Of a stretch of 64,000 nt of DNA, positions 60,619 through 64,000 are shown piece by piece. A program made the position numbers and the translations under genes. The notes beneath the pieces were generated by a model. That model had not been told where the DNA came from. It searched no databases and worked only from the letters and a program-made list of their open reading frames with translations. The stretch is taken from the NCBI GenBank assembly GCA_029907255.1, contig JARYMF010000003.1, positions 64,061-128,060 on the forward strand. The letters run 5' to 3'. Position 1 is the first letter of the stretch; each line of letters starts with the position of its first letter. This DNA comes from Armatimonadota bacterium (lineage in GTDB: Bacteria; Armatimonadota; UBA5829; DTJY01).

Positions 60619-61805
60619 GAATGGAATTGTTAGCTTCTTCACAAAAGAATCGCTCACCTATGAAAGTTGCTTTGATAATGGGCGCACTATGCCATGCCAG
60701 AATTTCCCACTTATATGAGGGGTTTGATCCTCGTTATGAAATAATTGCAGTTGGTTCAAAGAAGTGTGATATAGGAGAAAGCGACATTAAGCAAGAGCAC
60801 AGAAGGATATTGACGCTGAGAGATATCCTTCGCCATGTGCCAAAACTGCGGCACAGGATTCCATGGGAAACCCAGCAGTATTTTTTCGGCTTTGAAAAAG
60901 CAATGTCAGACATTGGGATTCTTTATCCTGCAGGATCAGCTATGAAGTTTGCATATCAGTGCATTCAAATGAAGCGTAAAACTGGAGTTAAAGTGGTAGT
61001 TTCCGACTTTGAAAACGTGCCGCTTAGGTTTTTTCACCACAGCGAAACACGCAGAGCAGAGCGGCTTGCAGTCCTGCATGAAGCAGATGCAATAGTTGCG
61101 GTTTTGCATCAAGTTAAGACTTGTCTTCTAATGGAAGGAATACCAGAAGAAAAGATTCATGTTATTTATCATGGTGTAAATACTGAGAAGTTTCATCCTG
61201 CTCCAAAGAGCAAAGATATGCTGGGAATACTCGGCTTGTCAGAAAGAGACATTGCGGTGCTTTTCATCGGCCATTTTGGTTGGCAAAAGGGAGCTTTAAC
61301 CTATCTATATGCCGCCAAGCTTTTAGAAATGGATTCAGAAGTTCGCGATTTCCCTGTAAAGTTCATTGTAGTAGCTCGTGGAGGAAAGGACTTCACAAAG
61401 CGAGCTGAATACCTGGGAATTGCCGACAGAGTAGTGATTCACGAACGTATTCCTTTTGAAAAAATGCCTCAGTTATATCGATGTGCTGATATCGTGGTAG
61501 TCCCGAGTATTCCAATATTTCAAGCGTATGAACAAACATCAAACGTAACACATGAAGCCGCTGCATGTGGTAGGGCTCTAGTGCTTTCATACACAGGAGG
61601 CCTTCCAGAGTTAATGGGGGATGATGCATTGTACTTTGCTCCGGCAGACTATCAAGGGCTATACAAAAACCTAAAAGAACTCATACTTGACGAGAAAAAA
61701 CGCGAAGAATATGGCAGACGTGCTAGATGTCGAGCAACCGAAGTGCTCGACAGCGCAATAATGCGTGAGAAGACAGCTAGGCTATTCGATCAAGTACTTG
61801 GTTAA
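60615..61805 (+). CDS. GT4-family glycosyltransferase
   Basis: HGV..E.F.P, .KG...L.A, ADI.V.PS....E......EA.ACG, GG..E. Confidence 0.9.
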   Translation: MRMELLASSQKNRSPMKVALIMGALCHARISHLYEGFDPRYEIIAVGSKKCDIGESDIKQEHRRILTLRDILRHVPKLRHRIPWETQQYFFGFEKAMSDIGILYPAGSAMKFAYQCIQMKRKTGVKVVVSDFENVPLRFFHHSETRRAERLAVLHEADAIVAVLHQVKTCLLMEGIPEEKIHVIYHGVNTEKFHPAPKSKDMLGILGLSERDIAVLFIGHFGWQKGALTYLYAAKLLEMDSEVRDFPVKFIVVARGGKDFTKRAEYLGIADRVVIHERIPFEKMPQLYRCADIVVVPSIPIFQAYEQTSNVTHEAAACGRALVLSYTGGLPELMGDDALYFAPADYQGLYKNLKELILDEKKREEYGRRARCRATEVLDSAIMREKTARLFDQVLG

Positions 61806-61817
61806 ATAAGGAAAACT

Positions 61818-64000
61818 ATGTCGGGAAAGTCCTCAATTTACAAAAGATTGCTTCCGCCAAAGCCAGTATACAGCTTAGTTGGTGGAATGTGGTATGACAC
61901 CTCACCTCTACCTAACACATCATCTACTTATTCGGCAAAGAGCTACTCTGGTGAAAATTATGCCTATTTTAGGATTTATAACACCGTCGAAAACTCTCGC
62001 ACATATCGCTCGACTATTTATGCAAACCTTCCCATGGCAATCTTTCAATATGAAAAAGAAGCAATCGGTCTGGTTTTTGAGCCTTTAAGCGACGGGCGTC
62101 CGTTGTCGCTGTGCGTTGCCTCAACGAAAGAAGAGGTTACCTTCGAGTACAGAAATGATGTAAAGCATTTATTAAGAAGCAAATCGAGAGGATTTGTTGG
62201 TCCATGGGAGAAGGAAGAAGATTTTATATCCAACGCACAAGTTCCTCCAGTGCAAGAGCTTAGCGCAGATAGCTGGATGGAATTAGTCCGCAGGTACATT
62301 TCCAAGCACTTAGGCAGTGAGCTCCGACTAAAAGACCTATCGGATGCAATTCAAATGGCAATTGGTTTCTATGACCGTGCATTCGACGCTGGCAATTGTG
62401 TCCATGCGGATACTCTTTTGACTTTTGCGCCTTCAGATTTTGGGGATCCAATTTATAGCTATCCCAGCTTTGAAGCATGTCGGCTGGCGTCATTGGCGCG
62501 CGCTGACAAATGGCGTATCGAGAGATGGGAAAAAATAGCAGATAAGTTATTGAGCGATGAGGCATCTGTTAGACTAGTTGAACTAGGAGACGTGCGCGTT
62601 TGGCACAATGCACTTGTGCCAAATGGTGACATGAGCAAGCTTAAGTATACAACTGGCTATGGTACAGGATATTGCGGCTGGCCCGGGGGAATGGCTTATA
62701 CGCTTAGAGGCTTAATCGAATACTGTATGAAAATGGGCAAATCGAATGCATGTGAACGAATCCGTTCTGGGTTAAACTGGTTCTTGGCAATTCAGCTTCC
62801 AGATGGAGGATTTCCATTTAATGTCCCAACATTTCCCGATTTCAATAGCATGCGAGGCCGATGCCGAACAGGTCCAAACAGCAAGGCCGTCGGCGGCGCA
62901 GGCGAAGCTATAAGAACTTTATGTGCAGGATATAAGTTTCTTAATGATGAGCATTATCTAGAAGCTGCTAAGAAGGCTGCAGAGGCAGTTAACCCACGTC
63001 CGCCATATTACGAATTCCGAGGTTATGGCGACCTCAGGGATGCTGGTGATTATGAATCTGACTCGACTTCTGGCTGTTCACTTGGAAATGCCAACCTCGA
63101 TTTGTTTGAGGCAACTGGCGACCGCAAGTATCTTGAAACTGCAAAAGCGTTAGGCTATTACCTGCTTACCTGGCATTTTTGGTGGACGCCGGGGCCAAAC
63201 GAAATATTAGGTCTTATAGATCCTATGGCAGAGTCTTTCAGCCCCCACGCATCGCCCTGGAATACTGCATTAGCTGCCGAATTTTACCTTCGGCTTTATA
63301 GCCATACTAAAGATGAATTTTGGTTCAAAGTTGCTCAGCATGTACTCGCTCAATGCTTAAAATTTCAGAATCACAACACAGGTGGAATTTCGGAAACATA
63401 TCCAATACGCTTAGACGGCACCTATACCGATATGGGTGGCGAGTCGGCAATGGTAACCTGGGCTTTAATCAATGGTTGCTTGGCAATGCTCGAAGCATCT
63501 GGTGTTTCGCTCGAGACCCCCAAAGAAAGTGCACATTTAAGTTGTGACTCGCAAGTAAGCTTTTATGCAGAGGTATCGGTCTATAGCATTGCCAAAAAGA
63601 GCAATCGCATACAAAAATTGAAGAGTGCGCTGGCGCACGCCATCAGGAAAAGAATATGGAAGAAGCTTCCCATTTCAGTAGCCAAACGTCTTAAGGAACT
63701 TCGAGAAAAGCCTAGCGTTCATATTATACCAGTACCACACGAGGGTCCTGCTCGCAGACTTATTTTAAGCCCAGGTAATTCGCTAGAAGGCTTCGCTTTT
63801 TCAGTTGACCGGGCGCCAGAAGAATATGTTGTGTCCCTAAAATCCTCTACGTATACGGCAAATGTTAAGCGAGTGCTTATGCCAATCCTACGATTCCCCT
63901 CACCGGTGGTTAGTTTAATAGAAAGTGAGAAAATTGGCGAAACAATCACTTCCGTCATGGTGAAAACTCAAAGCGGCAAGTGCTATGAAGTCCGTTTTTT
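61818..64000 (+). CDS. Large partial ORF, (alpha/alpha)6-barrel six-hairpin glycosidase/epimerase-like
   Basis: Read by hand, open from ATG 61818 to the window end (>720 codons); WFLAIQLPDGGF, YLEAAKKAA, ATGDRKYLETAK helical-hairpin motifs. Absent from the ORF track because there is no stop. Confidence 0.8.
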   Translation, partial: MSGKSSIYKRLLPPKPVYSLVGGMWYDTSPLPNTSSTYSAKSYSGENYAYFRIYNTVENSRTYRSTIYANLPMAIFQYEKEAIGLVFEPLSDGRPLSLCVASTKEEVTFEYRNDVKHLLRSKSRGFVGPWEKEEDFISNAQVPPVQELSADSWMELVRRYISKHLGSELRLKDLSDAIQMAIGFYDRAFDAGNCVHADTLLTFAPSDFGDPIYSYPSFEACRLASLARADKWRIERWEKIADKLLSDEASVRLVELGDVRVWHNALVPNGDMSKLKYTTGYGTGYCGWPGGMAYTLRGLIEYCMKMGKSNACERIRSGLNWFLAIQLPDGGFPFNVPTFPDFNSMRGRCRTGPNSKAVGGAGEAIRTLCAGYKFLNDEHYLEAAKKAAEAVNPRPPYYEFRGYGDLRDAGDYESDSTSGCSLGNANLDLFEATGDRKYLETAKALGYYLLTWHFWWTPGPNEILGLIDPMAESFSPHASPWNTALAAEFYLRLYSHTKDEFWFKVAQHVLAQCLKFQNHNTGGISETYPIRLDGTYTDMGGESAMVTWALINGCLAMLEASGVSLETPKESAHLSCDSQVSFYAEVSVYSIAKKSNRIQKLKSALAHAIRKRIWKKLPISVAKRLKELREKPSVHIIPVPHEGPARRLILSPGNSLEGFAFSVDRAPEEYVVSLKSSTYTANVKRVLMPILRFPSPVVSLIESEKIGETITSVMVKTQSGKCYEVRF

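Noticed and set aside
61879-63958. Short ORFs listed at the right end
   Set aside because: They lie within the long open frame starting at 61818.
1-64000. CRISPR arrays, tRNA/rRNA, IS elements, prophage
   Set aside because: No spaced repeats, cloverleafs, transposase, integrase or phage structural genes seen by eye.

Overview
Bacterial chromosomal window, probably from a diderm Terrabacteria lineage such as Armatimonadota. This is inferred from a Firmicutes-style nusA-ylxR-infB-DUF503-rbfA-DHH-truB operon occurring together with an outer-membrane secretin, beta-barrel proteins and PEP-CTERM/exosortase. The left half is housekeeping (2-oxoacid:ferredoxin oxidoreductase, archaeal-type ThyA, divergent DprA-like protein, SMC, nusA/infB operon, accDA) plus a glycan-degradation patch (GH20, Tat sulfamidase-like sulfatase, beta-propeller glycosidases). 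An orphan BrxA-like gene and an orphan adenine methyltransferase follow. The right ~28 kb is a contiguous cell-surface superlocus: outer-membrane barrels, a complete Tad/Flp pilus operon with two Flp pilins missed by the ORF track, a PEP-CTERM protein, and a Wza/Wzc/exosortase/EpsI/Wzy/Wzx polysaccharide operon running off the end. Its non-coding DNA carries the most unusual signals: sigma28- and sigma54-type promoters, a TGT-N10-ACA site overlapping a divergent sigma70 -35, a long structured leader, and a degenerate or variant cyclic-dinucleotide (GEMM-I-like) riboswitch candidate with an SD-sequestering hairpin before the second pilin. No rRNA, tRNA, CRISPR array or transposase was seen. All family calls are by-eye motif recognition, not database searches.
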